From: a virus
Taxonomy: Duplodnaviria; Heunggongvirae; Uroviricota; Caudoviricetes
Virus record (IMG/VR): IMGVR_UViG_3300044719_000150
Reading direction: 5' to 3' (one strand)
Length of the DNA: 64,000 bases
The notes under the pieces are model-generated. The model was not told the origin of the DNA, searched no databases, and saw nothing but the letters and a program-made list of their open reading frames with translations. Below are positions 35,661-44,383 of this stretch, in pieces. Within the stretch, counting starts at the first letter, position 1; each line of letters opens with the position of its first letter. Both the position numbers and the translations under genes were made by a program.

Positions 35661-35851
35661 CATTTCTCCTCGGAGTCGTCGGGACGGGGCGAACGCGCAC
35701 AGTCCCAGAGCATGAACCCAAACAGGGCCAGGAACACTAGGGCCACGGCGCCTAGGACGATCAGGTACGGCAGGGTGGACCAGTCGAAGGGAACGGCCGG
35801 GCCGTAACCTCCACCGTGTGGCATCCTGCCGGGCCCGTGCGGGCCTACCAT
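35660..35851 (-). CDS. hypothetical small membrane protein
   Basis: 63 aa with a hydrophobic helix. Confidence 0.4.
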   Translation of the reverse strand: MVGPHGPGRMPHGGGYGPAVPFDWSTLPYLIVLGAVALVFLALFGFMLWDCARSPRPDDSEEK

Positions 35852-36261
35852 GAGCGCCGACCGTTCGGAATGCGGGGCGACCCTGCGTAGAGGCCTGGCA
35901 GGGCCCTACGGCGCCCCCTGGGCCGGGCGAGGCGCACTGGCGCGTGTCCGTGGCGCCTGACGTACCAGCGCCAGCCAACGAGCGCGTACACGGGCACCGA
36001 AAGCCAGTAGACGGGCAGGATCGAGACCAGGAGCCAACCGAGAATGATCCGGTAGGCCACCGGGTGGCGCTCACGCCACTTGCGCACGGGAACCGGGGCG
36101 ATCAGCAGGGCGCGCGGCGCGAGTTCGGTCACCTGAAAACCGGCGCCGATCAGGAGCACGCGCGCACGTTCGGCCGTGAACACGTGGCCGAAGGTGACCA
36201 TGGTCCCGTTCGGGCCGGTCGCTTCGGTGTGCGGGATGCCCAGCTGAGTCAGAAACAGCAT
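35845..36261 (-). CDS. hypothetical membrane protein
   Basis: RBS GGAGGGT; CGATCATG start; promoter at 36298-36326. Confidence 0.45.
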   Translation of the reverse strand: MLFLTQLGIPHTEATGPNGTMVTFGHVFTAERARVLLIGAGFQVTELAPRALLIAPVPVRKWRERHPVAYRIILGWLLVSILPVYWLSVPVYALVGWRWYVRRHGHAPVRLARPRGRRRALPGLYAGSPRIPNGRRSW

Positions 36262-36297
36262 GATCGTTTACCCTCCATGTGATCGAACTTACCGCGT

Positions 36298-36326
36298 ACG
36301 CTAGTCCCCTACTGGCGCGCCGTCAA
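36298..36326 (-). promoter_or_regulatory. sigma70-like promoter: -35 TTGACG, 17 nt, -10 TAGCGT
   Basis: Minus-strand reading GACTTGACGGCGCGCCAGTAGGGGACTAGCGTACGCG. Confidence 0.55.
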
Positions 36327-36327
36327 G

Positions 36328-36645
36328 TCAGTTGGCGTCCGGGCCGAAGAATCCCGGACCGGCGGGCCCGTACGTCTCGTAACCGACGGTCCAACCGGCC
36401 GGAGTTCCGGGCGTGTGCCAGTAGAAACCGCCGTTGAGCGCGTGCCCGTAGCCGTACACATGGAGGGACACTGCGAGCAAGACTGCGAACAGCGCCAGCG
36501 CGCCCCAGAGCGCGGCCCAGAGCCACGGTGAGCGCGGCTTGCGGTGCGACACGCGCGCCGGACCCTGCGAGGCGTTCGGCGCGGCCGTGCGGGCCCGCAC
36601 CATGGCGACGGTTGACAAGTCGTTGAGTCCCAGGGCGTCAATCAT
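36328..36645 (-). CDS. hypothetical membrane protein
   Basis: RBS GGAGAAA; CGATCATG start. Confidence 0.5.
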   Translation of the reverse strand: MIDALGLNDLSTVAMVRARTAAPNASQGPARVSHRKPRSPWLWAALWGALALFAVLLAVSLHVYGYGHALNGGFYWHTPGTPAGWTVGYETYGPAGPGFFGPDAN

Positions 36646-36731
36646 GATCGTTTCTCCAATCGATCGAGGGTTCCGGCTGACCACCGGTGGCTACCGGGCG
36701 TGCGAGACGTCCGGCGCCATCACGTGATCAG

Positions 36732-37049
36732 TTAGAGGATGATCCACTCGCCTACGCCACTTGCGGTCAGTTGCTCCGGGCCACCGGCCGGATGCGTGAC
36801 CAGTTGGCCTAGACCTTCACCGCGTAGCGCGTCCGTACCGAGTGCGAGACGCGGACGGATGATCATCTCACCGATGATCAGCTGGTGCGTACGCTCACTG
36901 CCGTAGCGCAACGGGTGACCGGCGCCGACACCTTCGATGCGCGAGGCGCCGACGAAAGACACAATATCCGGACCCTGATTCTGTACGTACAGCCACGCGG
37001 GAACGTGGAGAGCGTGCTCACCGTAGAGGGCGCTTGTGTAGTCGGTCAT
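36732..37049 (-). CDS. hypothetical protein
   Basis: RBS GGGAGG; TGATCATG start. Confidence 0.5.
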   Translation of the reverse strand: MTDYTSALYGEHALHVPAWLYVQNQGPDIVSFVGASRIEGVGAGHPLRYGSERTHQLIIGEMIIRPRLALGTDALRGEGLGQLVTHPAGGPEQLTASGVGEWIIL

Positions 37050-37051
37050 GA

Positions 37052-37261
37052 TCAGACCTCCCGCACGTCGGCGTGAATGACGCGCTCCGCCGGTACATCC
37101 TCGATCAACTCTCCGCCGGACGAAACCGCCAGCTTGGAGCCGATACCGACGATAACGCCCGTGTACGTGTCAGAGCCCTGCCGGACCGTGACATACACGG
37201 TGTGACGGGCGTGGAGAGCGCGCAGTAGGGCGAGTGAGTAGGGCGAGTCATGCATGATCAA
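37052..37261 (-). CDS. hypothetical small protein
   Basis: RBS CTGGAG; TGATCATG start. Confidence 0.45.
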   Translation of the reverse strand: MIMHDSPYSLALLRALHARHTVYVTVRQGSDTYTGVIVGIGSKLAVSSGGELIEDVPAERVIHADVREV

Positions 37262-37342
37262 CTCCAGTGAGTCAGTGGCTTGCCATCATCAGGGCGCAGG
37301 TAGCCAACCGTGCGCCGACCGGCCGGAGCCGGTTTCGGCGAT

Positions 37343-37690
37343 TCACCAGCCCATAGCGCGTTCTTCGTCTGCGGTCGGGTAATGGTTCGGACCCCAGCAC
37401 AGATCCGCTGAAAGACCGTGCTCGCACGTCGGGAACAACAGCCGGTCAAGCGCTTCCCATGACTCGGGTAGCGGGCAGTCCTCCACGGGCGACCATGAGT
37501 AGCCACCGCTGTAGGTGCCCGCAGCGGCTAGCGATTCGTTCACGGCCATGCGCCGTTGAATGAAATCGATCACGTCGCACTCGCGATGGAACGTGGCGCG
37601 GTAGCTGTGGCTCCCGCACACGGAGACGACCAGCGTGAACGGTTCCGCCACCGGCGCGCCCGTGGCTACGGTCGGGAAGTGCATGATCAT
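37343..37690 (-). CDS. hypothetical protein
   Basis: RBS GAAGGGGA; CGATCATGATCATG start; promoter-like element at 37729-37758. Confidence 0.55.
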   Translation of the reverse strand: MIMHFPTVATGAPVAEPFTLVVSVCGSHSYRATFHRECDVIDFIQRRMAVNESLAAAGTYSGGYSWSPVEDCPLPESWEALDRLLFPTCEHGLSADLCWGPNHYPTADEERAMGW

Positions 37691-37728
37691 GATCGATTCC
37701 CCTTCGTTGCGGTGGATGTGCAACGCAG

Positions 37729-37758
37729 AGACTAGTCCCCGTACTGGCGCCCCGTCAA
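37729..37758 (-). promoter_or_regulatory. sigma70-like promoter variant: -35 TTGACG, ~18 nt, -10 TAGTCT
   Basis: Minus-strand reading CCTATTGACGGGGCGCCAGTACGGGGACTAGTCTCTGC. Confidence 0.45.
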
Positions 37759-37790
37759 TAGGCAGTGACCTGCGAAAAGGATGGTAATAC

Positions 37791-38363
37791 GTGGTCATAA
37801 AGAGGCAGGATGCCGTCAAGTCGCTCACGATCGCGGAACGGCGCACCAAGGCGATCGAAATGCGCCGTGTCGGTATCCCCTGGGAACGCATCAGCGATGA
37901 AGTCGGGTATTCCAGCCCAGCGGTAGCAGCGGCCGATATCTACAAAGTCTTGGCCGATCGCACCCGCGAAATGGGCGAGGCGGTAGCAGGCTTGCGCTCC
38001 ATTGAAGCGGACAAGCTCGACGCCATGGAACGCGTGATCATCAACATCATGCGCAAAAGCCATTTCATCGTTTCCGCACAACAGGGGCGCATCGTCACCG
38101 GCCCCGACGGACAGCCCTTGGAAGATCCGGCGCCGGTATTCCAGTGCATCGACCGTTTGCTGAGGATTGCCGAACGGCGCGCAAAGCTGCTCGGTTTGGA
38201 CTCGCCCGTTAAGGCGCAGGTTGAGGTTAAGGCGGTAGGCATTGACGCCGAAATTGCCGGACTCCTGGCAGGAATGGCCAGAACCGGAGAAGAAACGGCT
38301 CCTGGCGACGCTGAAATTCGCGCAGTGGCGCAAATCAGCGCGACCGGACCAGCTCCCGCCTAG
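37791..38363 (+). CDS. putative terminase small subunit
   Basis: GTG after AAGGATGG; 190 aa; lies immediately upstream of, and overlaps, the large terminase gene; the call rests on position alone. Confidence 0.45.
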   Translation: MVIKRQDAVKSLTIAERRTKAIEMRRVGIPWERISDEVGYSSPAVAAADIYKVLADRTREMGEAVAGLRSIEADKLDAMERVIINIMRKSHFIVSAQQGRIVTGPDGQPLEDPAPVFQCIDRLLRIAERRAKLLGLDSPVKAQVEVKAVGIDAEIAGLLAGMARTGEETAPGDAEIRAVAQISATGPAPA

Positions 38364-39669
38364 CGGACCGTGGACAACGCTCTACCTGCGAGGCGGGCGA
38401 GGCTCAGGCAAGACATGGAGCGGCGCGCATATCCTCCTGGAGCGGGTTCTGAGCGACCCTGAACCCGGAGAATGGGCCGTAGTCGCCCCCACCTATGAAG
38501 ATGCGTGGGCAACGTGCTGTGAGGGCCCTAGCGGCATTCTCGCGGCACTCGGGACAAACGCTGTAGAGGTCAAACAGCACGAGTCCGCTCTCGTGCGGTA
38601 CTGGAATCGCACTATGGGCGAACTACGGATGAAAAACGGGCACCTTATCCGATTCGCCAGCGCTGACGACGGAGCGCTGAGGATTCAGGGAAAGAACCTC
38701 AAAGGCGTCTGGGCCGACGAAATCGGTCTATGGGACAAATGGCAAACCGCATGGGACGAGTCAATCCAGTACGCCGTCCGCATGGGCGACGCCATCCGGA
38801 TCGTCACCGGAACGCCTAAAGCCTCGCGTAAAGCGCGGGAACTCATCAAACGGCTAGTGGCCGATCCGAACGTCATAGTTCACGTCCTGCGCACCGTGGA
38901 CAACGCGCCCAACCTATCGCCCGCATTCATGGCGTCCGTCGTCGCAGCGGCCCAGGGAACGCGCCTAGAGCGTCAGGAGTTGGAGGGCGAACTCCTCGAA
39001 GATGTGGAGGGCGCGCTGTGGACACTCGACATGATCGAACGCGCACGGGTACGCCCCGACGAGGTGCCCGAACTCTCGCGCATCGTGGTCGCTGTGGACC
39101 CTGCCGTAACAGGCTCCGAAGATTCAGACGAGTCTGGCATCGTAGTAGTAGGCGAACACAAGGGCCATGGGTATGTCTTGGCTGATCACAGCTTTGTGGG
39201 CAGTCCGCAAGAGGTCATGGAAAAAGTCGTATGGGCATACCATGAATACGGCTGCGACAGGGTGCTAGCCGAGGTCAACAACGGCGGAGACTACATCGGG
39301 ACGCTCTTGAGAGTGGTTGATCCGAACGTGCCCTATCAGGCGGTACGGGCCACGCGAGGCAAGCTGTTGAGAGCCGAACCGGTGGCAGCGCTGTACGAAC
39401 AAGGGCGCATGCATCATGTAAGAATATTCACTCAGCTGGAAGATCAACAGGTCGGCTGGCATCCAGATTCGAGTAAGAGCCCTGATAGACTCGACGCTCT
39501 GGCCTGGGCCGTTGCCGGTCTTAAGACTCTCACATCCGGATCGTGGACGCAAGCGCACGGAGTCGTGTACTGCATAGTATGCGACATGCCGCTGCTGGTG
39601 AGCATCCATACGAGGATATGCCCGCACTGCCATGCAGAGCATGGTCGAAGCGCCGAGGCGGGGTCATAG
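38242..39669 (+). CDS. terL: terminase large subunit
   Basis: 475 aa; Walker A-like RGGRGSGKTW; N-terminal ATPase plus C-terminal nuclease-like organisation; TTG start. Confidence 0.85.
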   Translation: MTPKLPDSWQEWPEPEKKRLLATLKFAQWRKSARPDQLPPSGPWTTLYLRGGRGSGKTWSGAHILLERVLSDPEPGEWAVVAPTYEDAWATCCEGPSGILAALGTNAVEVKQHESALVRYWNRTMGELRMKNGHLIRFASADDGALRIQGKNLKGVWADEIGLWDKWQTAWDESIQYAVRMGDAIRIVTGTPKASRKARELIKRLVADPNVIVHVLRTVDNAPNLSPAFMASVVAAAQGTRLERQELEGELLEDVEGALWTLDMIERARVRPDEVPELSRIVVAVDPAVTGSEDSDESGIVVVGEHKGHGYVLADHSFVGSPQEVMEKVVWAYHEYGCDRVLAEVNNGGDYIGTLLRVVDPNVPYQAVRATRGKLLRAEPVAALYEQGRMHHVRIFTQLEDQQVGWHPDSSKSPDRLDALAWAVAGLKTLTSGSWTQAHGVVYCIVCDMPLLVSIHTRICPHCHAEHGRSAEAGS

Positions 39670-39926
39670 TGCCAACGTTGACATACCAGGGTGGACCGCA
39701 GGACGGCGCCGAGCACAAGGTGCCAGGCAAGCCACCGAGTGTAAGGCACTGGGCATCGCCGGGCGAACGTGCAGCTAAAGGCTGGTGTGACCTGCACCGA
39801 TACGTGTTCCGGCAGTGCGTCAAGCCAGGTACGTACGCCTATGAGTACACGGGTGTCACGGCGGTGGACGGGCCCAGACCGGCGCGCGCTGTGTACGGCG
39901 CCGAAGTGATCGAAGGTTGGGAGTAG
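39669..39926 (+). CDS. hypothetical protein
   Basis: GTG overlapping the terL stop (TAGTG). Confidence 0.45.
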   Translation: MPTLTYQGGPQDGAEHKVPGKPPSVRHWASPGERAAKGWCDLHRYVFRQCVKPGTYAYEYTGVTAVDGPRPARAVYGAEVIEGWE

Positions 39927-39929
39927 AGC

Positions 39930-40900
39930 CTCCGTTTTTCCGCAAGTCTCTGACCTGCGTAAAGGCTCACTCACTCACGGGCCGGTAAGCGAAGGGTGTA
40001 AGATCATCCTCCGTTTACCGGTTCGGCCGTTCTTAGCCTTACCTAAGTTCGCCTATCAATGGACTCGCGCGCACATGCGCGTCTGCGTTCCGCGCGCACG
40101 ATCGCAGACGCGCGCGCAGTAGGCGCCGACTGGAGTACCGCAGTAGGGCGAGGCGCCCCCCTGGGCCCTCCCATGCGTGCGGGAGGGTGCCCGGTCGGCC
40201 CTGTCATGCATAAGTATGATTATGCAGCATAGGAATGCACCCATAGGGGGCAAAGTGAATCCGATTCGAACGTGTGTATTGGAGTACCGCAGTACGGGCC
40301 ACGGTACGGCACTGTAGGCGCCCCGTAGGTACAGCCTGGCACTGAGAGACCAGCCACGGCTGTACGGCGCTCACAGACCACACTACGAGGCGTAGAAACG
40401 GCATCGTGGGATCGAGTGCCAGTGGAGTACTCCAGTTTGAAGATCATTTAGCCTTCCCCATACTGGTATACTCCAGTATTGAGGTACTCCAATTGAGGTA
40501 CCCCACCATGGGGAACGCCTCCACTGGAGTACTCCAGTAGGGCCCTGGTATGGCACTCCGGCGGGCGCCTAGTGCTAGGTGGGCACCTAGGTGAGTGCCA
40601 ACACGTTGCCCTACCTACAGTTCGGCTGTGTATGCCCACCTATGGTGGTGCCACCCTATAGTGACCATGGCTATGCGATCATGGTGCATGGGTGCTGTTG
40701 CGCATGTGGGCACTCATCTGTTGACGCGCGCGCAGATGTACACATCGCCGCATGTCAGGGCATGTATAGCGGCGCACATGTGTCAAGGGGATGATAAACG
40801 CACTTCAGGGGGCTGACGCGGGGGGAGCGCGGGGGCCACCATATTTACGCGGCCCCTCCTTTCCCGCCTTCCGCTTAACGTATCCGTGCCTCTGCTATCA
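39930..40900. repeat. non-coding palindrome-rich region: inverted repeats GCGCGTCTGCG..CGCAGACGCGC, CCTAGGTG..CACCTAGG and CCACCTATGGTGG, plus 5-6 copies of GGAGTAC(C/T)NCAGTA or TGGAGTACTCCAGT
   Basis: No ORF with an RBS across ~900 bp; lower GC; repeats counted directly. Confidence 0.55.
40874..40885 (+). promoter_or_regulatory. conserved motif CTTAACGTATCC followed by TATCAT and a leaderless-type ATG
   Basis: One of the right-arm copies; others at 41402-41412, 42857-42870, 43623-43633, 45251-45263, 49194-49205, 50194-50206, 51820-51834, 54161-54174, 56660-56675, 59575-59590 and 62098-62115. Confidence 0.5.
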
Positions 40901-40907
40901 TCTCTCC

Positions 40908-41132
40908 ATGGCCCGCAAATCCACCCTCTCCCTATGGTCCTCCCACGGGATCCGCCCCGGCAGTGTCCTGGACGTCGGCGGTGAGCACGTCCTGGTGCGT
41001 CGCGTCACCGGGAACTACCCTTCCACGCTCACCGTGGTGCGGGCCTCCTGGTGGCGCGTGTGGCCCCGCAAAGCCCTGTGGGCCGTGAAGCGTCTGCCCC
41101 ATAGGCGGAGGCAGCTGCTGGTCGGCGAGTAG
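40908..41132 (+). CDS. hypothetical protein
   Basis: ATG ~7 nt after TATCAT, no SD (leaderless-type). Confidence 0.45.
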   Translation: MARKSTLSLWSSHGIRPGSVLDVGGEHVLVRRVTGNYPSTLTVVRASWWRVWPRKALWAVKRLPHRRRQLLVGE

Positions 41133-41170
41133 GTGGGCCGGTGGCCGTCAACGGGTGGGCCTCGGCGTGC

Positions 41171-41392
41171 TCACTCCCAGATGCGCCGCAGCTGTTCTTC
41201 CCGCTGCTTGCGGTCTTTCGCCCACTGCACGCTTGCCTCGACCTCGGTCAGGGAGAGTCCCATGGCGGAGATCCGCCCGCCCCAGAGGTGGATGCAGTAG
41301 ACGCGTTTCGGCTTGTAGTGCCGGTCGCGGTGCAGAATGTACCCGTGGCGCAAGAGCCTGATTCTGGCGCCGAAAATCCTGATTCTCCACAT
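41171..41392 (-). CDS. hypothetical protein
   Basis: Divergent from the 41429 gene; its ATG is 10 nt from the motif (GATACGTTAGGCTAGGGGCATG). Confidence 0.4.
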   Translation of the reverse strand: MWRIRIFGARIRLLRHGYILHRDRHYKPKRVYCIHLWGGRISAMGLSLTEVEASVQWAKDRKQREEQLRRIWE

Positions 41393-41401
41393 GCCCCTAG
41401 C

Positions 41402-41412
41402 CTAACGTATCC
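41402..41412 (+). promoter_or_regulatory. motif CTAACGTATCC between divergent start codons 41392 (-) and 41429 (+)
   Basis: TAACGT (+) and TACGTT (-) -10-like hexamers overlap; TATACT lies 7 nt before the + ATG. Confidence 0.5.
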
Positions 41413-41428
41413 GTGCTATACTCTCCAC

Positions 41429-41722
41429 ATGGACTTCCCCGAACCTCCCGCCCTTGACGGCCCCGGCCCGTGGAAGAACACCCTGATGCTGTTCCTGGTG
41501 CCCGAGGAGGGCTCCGAGGTCGCCGTGAAGGATCTCATCCGTCCCCTCAACTGCCTGATCGACCTGTTCGAGTCGTGGGCGCCGGACAACCCGCAAGACG
41601 CGCTCCAGGTTGCCCGCCAGATCCACCTGCTGTGGCTGGAGATCCTGCAAGCCTTCTACGGGGACGAGTCCTTCTACGACCGGCCAGCTGTGGCTCCCAA
41701 GCACGTCGAGTGGAGCCTGTGA
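41429..41722 (+). CDS. hypothetical protein
   Basis: 97 aa; leaderless-type start. Confidence 0.5.
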   Translation: MDFPEPPALDGPGPWKNTLMLFLVPEEGSEVAVKDLIRPLNCLIDLFESWAPDNPQDALQVARQIHLLWLEILQAFYGDESFYDRPAVAPKHVEWSL

Positions 41723-41726
41723 CGTG

Positions 41727-42239
41727 ATAGAGTGGGAACCAACCAAACGCGGCGGTGTCCGTCGAGCAGGGGTAGCTCAGAGGAAGAGCGCTGGCCAGAT
41801 GAGCCAGAGGTCGGTGTCTCGAAAACATCCCCCTGCACTTCTCAAGTGGGCCGAGAAGCTCGGTCTGCCGGACTGCCCGTATGTGATCCGCTGGCGGCTG
41901 GAGCTGCCGTTCGGTTCGCTGCGGGTGCACCACTGGCTCGGTCCCGACGACGGCCGGGCGCCTCACGATCATCCCTGGTGGTTCCTGACCCTCGTGGTGC
42001 GCGGTGGATACACCGATGTCAGTCCTTCCGGCGACGAGCACCTGCGCGCCGGTTCGATCCGCTTCCGGCGGGCCCTGCACCAGCACACCGTGGTTCCCGA
42101 TCCCGGCGGGGCGTGGACGATCCTGGTCACCGGGCGCAAGCGCCGGGCGTGGGGCTTCTGGTTCGGCGGCCGGTTCCACAAGGCCAACCGGTGGTTCCTG
42201 CGCTACGGCCACCACCCGTGCGACAACGGCAAGCCCTAG
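41727..42239 (+). CDS. hypothetical His-rich protein
   Basis: GTG after GGAG; HHWLGPDDGRAPHDHPWW pattern (possible metal-binding fold). Confidence 0.45.
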   Translation: MEWEPTKRGGVRRAGVAQRKSAGQMSQRSVSRKHPPALLKWAEKLGLPDCPYVIRWRLELPFGSLRVHHWLGPDDGRAPHDHPWWFLTLVVRGGYTDVSPSGDEHLRAGSIRFRRALHQHTVVPDPGGAWTILVTGRKRRAWGFWFGGRFHKANRWFLRYGHHPCDNGKP

Positions 42240-42472
42240 CGCTTCCTGTTGCGGAACGGCGGGGGAACGGGGTAGATCAGCCTCGCGGGCTGGCTCAGGT
42301 CGAACCAGTCCACCGTCCCGAGGTCGGGGAAGTACACCCACGTGTGATCATGCTCGTCGCAGCGGTAGTGCTCGTGGTTGCGGTAGCCGTCGGTGCGCTG
42401 GGCGTAGTGGCACCGCTCGGGGCAGTCGATTCTCGCGTACGCCGAGTAGCATTCCATCACGCCACAATCGCC
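42236..42472 (-). CDS. hypothetical Cys/His-rich small protein
   Basis: CPERCHY...HEHYRCDEHDH. Confidence 0.4.
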   Translation of the reverse strand, partial: GDCGVMECYSAYARIDCPERCHYAQRTDGYRNHEHYRCDEHDHTWVYFPDLGTVDWFDLSQPARLIYPVPPPFRNRKR

Positions 42473-42837
42473 CGGTACAGCTCGATCCGGCGTCGGGCGA
42501 AAGACTCGTCGGCGAGCAGGGGCTCCGCCGCCACCAGTTCCATGGGATCGATCTCGCCGCTGTAGAGGGCGAGGTACTTGGTTCCCGCTGCGGCCGGGAA
42601 GACATGCACCTCGTAGGTGGCGGTGCCTGGGGCGAGGTGCAGTTCGCCGCCCTCGGTGGGGCTGGCGCCGGAGATGGCCAGCTCCTGACTGAACTCCCGG
42701 ATGAGCATGTCGGTCTGCGTGATGGCCAACGTGGACATCTTCATGATGCCGAGGGTGCGTTCCCAGCGGTTGCGCTGCTCCTGGTAGCGCGCGCAGTTCT
42801 CGCCCTGGCAGTCGGGGCACATTTCCACGGTGATCAT
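42457..42837 (-). CDS. hypothetical protein
   Basis: ATG MITVEMCPDC...; 126 aa. Confidence 0.5.
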   Translation of the reverse strand: MITVEMCPDCQGENCARYQEQRNRWERTLGIMKMSTLAITQTDMLIREFSQELAISGASPTEGGELHLAPGTATYEVHVFPAAAGTKYLALYSGEIDPMELVAAEPLLADESFARRRIELYRAIVA

Positions 42838-42929
42838 TGACAACCCCACACTCTATGGACTAACGTATCCCATATCCCAGTGGAGCACTTTCCACCAGGT
42901 TAATCATACCGCGAATGATCGGAGGCTGC

Positions 42930-43043
42930 CATGCCCGACGACCCGAAGGACCCGCAGACCGACAAGGACTTCAAAGAGGTGGACAAGAAGCTCAAGGAGG
43001 TCTTCCCGGACGGCAAGAAGCCGGACACGCCGAAGCGCCCCTA
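42930..43043 (+). CDS. hypothetical small Lys/Asp-rich protein
   Basis: RBS CGGAGG before the ATG; 37 aa. Confidence 0.4.
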
Positions 43044-43355
43044 GTCCTCGATCGGCCGCTCGATCCGCTCCCCCTTGCACGTCTCGCACAGGCGCTTCAC
43101 CCACTGCCCGTCCTCGTCTTTCGGCATGTCGTCGATGAAGGTGGGTTCCGGCAGCCGCATGACATTGCGACACTTGACGCACTGCACCTCGGAAACGATC
43201 AGCGGCAGCGAGTGCAGCACTGTGGACAGGTCGCTGATGAACTTGCCAGCCCCAGCGGAGCCGTGGGGGTACGGAAACTCCTTGTCGTCGTAAACGCCGA
43301 TGGAGGAGAACATCCACTTCCACAGCCTGGCGCCCGCCGCCGCGATCTCGCTCAC
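43041..43355 (-). CDS. hypothetical zinc-ribbon protein
   Basis: CVKC...CETC. Confidence 0.5.
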   Translation of the reverse strand: MSEIAAAGARLWKWMFSSIGVYDDKEFPYPHGSAGAGKFISDLSTVLHSLPLIVSEVQCVKCRNVMRLPEPTFIDDMPKDEDGQWVKRLCETCKGERIERPIED

Positions 43356-43449
43356 CGCTTACGCCTCCACAAGGGGTTGATGGCGATGGCGGCTCCGGCC
43401 GTGATGATCCCGGCGATGCCCAGGATGATGGCGATGGCGTTGTCGCTCA

Positions 43450-43614
43450 TCAGCTGGCTTTGCCGGGGTCGTGGCCCTTGTCGCCTTCCGGCACGCCCTC
43501 GGGGTTCTTGGCCCTGGCGGCGGCTTCGCTTTCCTTGCGCTCGGTCGCCGTCACGTCGTCGGACTCGTACCTGCGCAGCCCGTCCTGGTTCTTGTTCGGT
43601 TCGTCTCTGGTCAT
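43450..43614 (-). CDS. hypothetical small protein
   Basis: ATG preceded by GATACGTTAGGCTAGGGGC, the same 19-mer as upstream of the 41392 gene. Confidence 0.35.
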   Translation of the reverse strand: MTRDEPNKNQDGLRRYESDDVTATERKESEAAARAKNPEGVPEGDKGHDPGKAS

Positions 43615-43623
43615 GCCCCTAGC

Positions 43624-43914
43624 CTAACGTATCTCGTCCACGATGTCACGCACCTCCCACTGCATCGGCTTCAGGTGCACGATCTGCCACGGCTGCGGCT
43701 CGGGATTCGTGGAGCGCTCGCCCCAGACCGGGCCACCGTAGGGCGGACTCACGAACCATACGATGGCGTCCAGTTCGGTGCCCTCCGAGGGCTCGAACGC
43801 GATCACCTCGTCGCCGACCTCCAACCCCCAGCTAGCCGGTACCCGTCGCCGCAGGCACTGGCCGGTGCGGTCGCGGGCGTTGTAATCCACCTGGATGCGT
43901 CTCACATCGGGCAT
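43624..43914 (-). CDS. hypothetical protein
   Basis: ATG (MPDVRR...) after GAGTGAGGG; its stop codon lies inside the motif CTAACGTATC. Confidence 0.45.
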   Translation of the reverse strand: MPDVRRIQVDYNARDRTGQCLRRRVPASWGLEVGDEVIAFEPSEGTELDAIVWFVSPPYGGPVWGERSTNPEPQPWQIVHLKPMQWEVRDIVDEIR

Positions 43915-44383
43915 GAAGGCCCTCACTCTCTCGGGTGATGTTGACGTTATATATGTCCACACGTTAGTGTGGATGGTGGCGGGTGGGTAGCGGGCAGTAG
44001 ACTGGACCGAAGAACAGACCGCAGCTTACGAGGGTAGTTCCGGGGGCGGATGCCCCCGCTGTGTCTCCACCCAAATCACGAAATCATCACGGCGTCGCAC
44101 CCTTCTCCTCGGTGCCGCCGCTTTTTTTATGCCCCCAGGGTCACGATTCGGCATCTTTCGGCCTCTGACCTGCGACGTCTCAGTATATGAGATGCTCTCG
44201 ATACCCTTTCGTGGAGGGCATCCGAGACCCTAACCCTCTCCCATACCCCCACCGATACCCTTTCGGCTCCGTCTCACATACTGAGAAAACCGGTTTAGTG
44301 CCCTGCTAGCGCCATCCCAAGGATCAGCCCCCACATGGCCCCGTAGACGAAGACCCCGATGACCACCAGCCACTCCCCGCCCC

